NCBI RefSeq assembly: GCF_037042905.1
Contig: NC_087247.1
Coordinates: 6,634,001 to 6,698,000, forward strand
Length of the DNA: 64,000 nucleotides
DNA from: Lytechinus pictus
Lineage: Eukaryota
Direction of reading: 5' to 3'
Made by a program: the position numbers and the translations under genes. Below the pieces are notes generated by a model. That model searched no databases. It saw only the letters and a list, made by a program, of their open reading frames with translations, and was not told the origin of the DNA. Positions 63,043 through 64,000 of the stretch are shown here, one piece after another. The first letter of the stretch is position 1; every line of letters starts with the position of its first letter.

Positions 63043-64000
63043 TTTTAGTTTTTTTTTTAAGGATGATCTGTAATATTGATCACAGCAAGCTACAACTTGG
63101 TGATGTTTGAAGGTTTGCATGGTGGTTGCGAAAGTGATGCGCCGTAAGCCACTTCTGCGATCGGAAGCTACAACTTCTACTTGCGATTCATCATTTAAAC
63201 ATGATATGGTGGTGTTGATTATTTTACTGACTATGAAATCATAATTGCTTGGTAATAAGCAACCAGAGTTCCGACTGCTTGAATTCCTCTGCAAGGGACC
63301 TGGTAATGAGGACTAATGCCTGTCAAAGGCAAACTCGGTTGATGTGATTTGATATGATTGAAATCCCCACATGGCTTGCCATATTCAAGCTATGTATGAA
63401 GCAAGGGTTATTAGTATATATCTCTATGGGGTTAACTTACAAATAGCACTATGAAACACCACTTGAAGCATCTCGGGGGGATTGAAAATAAATAATATCT
63501 AATGCTGTAGGCTTGCTATTATATTTATAATGTGTAGTAAAAAAGATATTAATCTGTTATCATGGTGTGATGTTTCTTGAGTCCATAGCACACTACATGC
63601 CTAAGCAGTATAGTTCTTTTCTTTGATGAAGAAAAAAATAATATAAATAAAAACAATTTCATCTCCTTGATTAACCTTCATGATAAGGATTAGAGTACTA
63701 ACAACCAGAAGTAAAGTGTCTTGCACTTTTTAAATTCAAAATCAAGTGCAGGAATATGCCTAAGTTGAATCTCTTGGACCACAGAATGCTGTTTGACTGA
63801 CGCAAGCTTGCATGGGAACCGGGGGTGCTGTGTCTGCTGCATATATTATACAATAGACAGCACCCTCTGAAAATCATAATTTCATGCCAAAATGTAGACA
63901 TTTGACCTAATCATCTTCATTTTGGAATGATAACTCTTTTTTGGTTCTTGTCAATTTTTTTTTCTAAACCGCACCCCCTTTTAAAAAAAACATCACCAGG

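Noticed and set aside
60100-64000. Further gene exons at the right end
   Set aside because: No ORF with splice-consistent, recognisable coding content found; a weak or non-coding exon cannot be excluded.

Overview
AT-rich, intron-rich animal DNA, most likely an echinoderm (sea-urchin-like repeat landscape; inference only). Three spliced genes were assembled by hand with consistent intron phases. (1) Minus strand, 24018->10757: an 11-exon, ~768-aa signal-peptide protein with a PA domain and a bacterial-type PNGase F catalytic region. (2) Plus strand, 24173->35017: a 12-exon, ~440-aa fusion of a Rieske [2Fe-2S] domain and a DUF455-type ferritin-like di-iron domain. It lies head-to-head with gene 1, ~155 bp between ATGs, around a perfect GTCACGTGAC (CLEAR/E-box) palindrome. 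(3) Plus strand, 41267->58510: 10-exon PDSS1 (~412 aa). The left end holds a BEL/Pao LTR retrotransposon with an open gag-pol frame, interrupted in gag by a repeat-rich DNA element. Introns and intergenic DNA contain many MITEs (TTAA-, CWG/TWA-, TA- and 8-bp-TSD types), a Helentron-like element with nuclear-receptor-type AGGTCA repeats, tRNA-derived SINEs, LINE remnants, a Penelope-like fragment with a degenerate hammerhead, and several perfect snap-back palindromes. No database searches were run; family names come from motif recognition.
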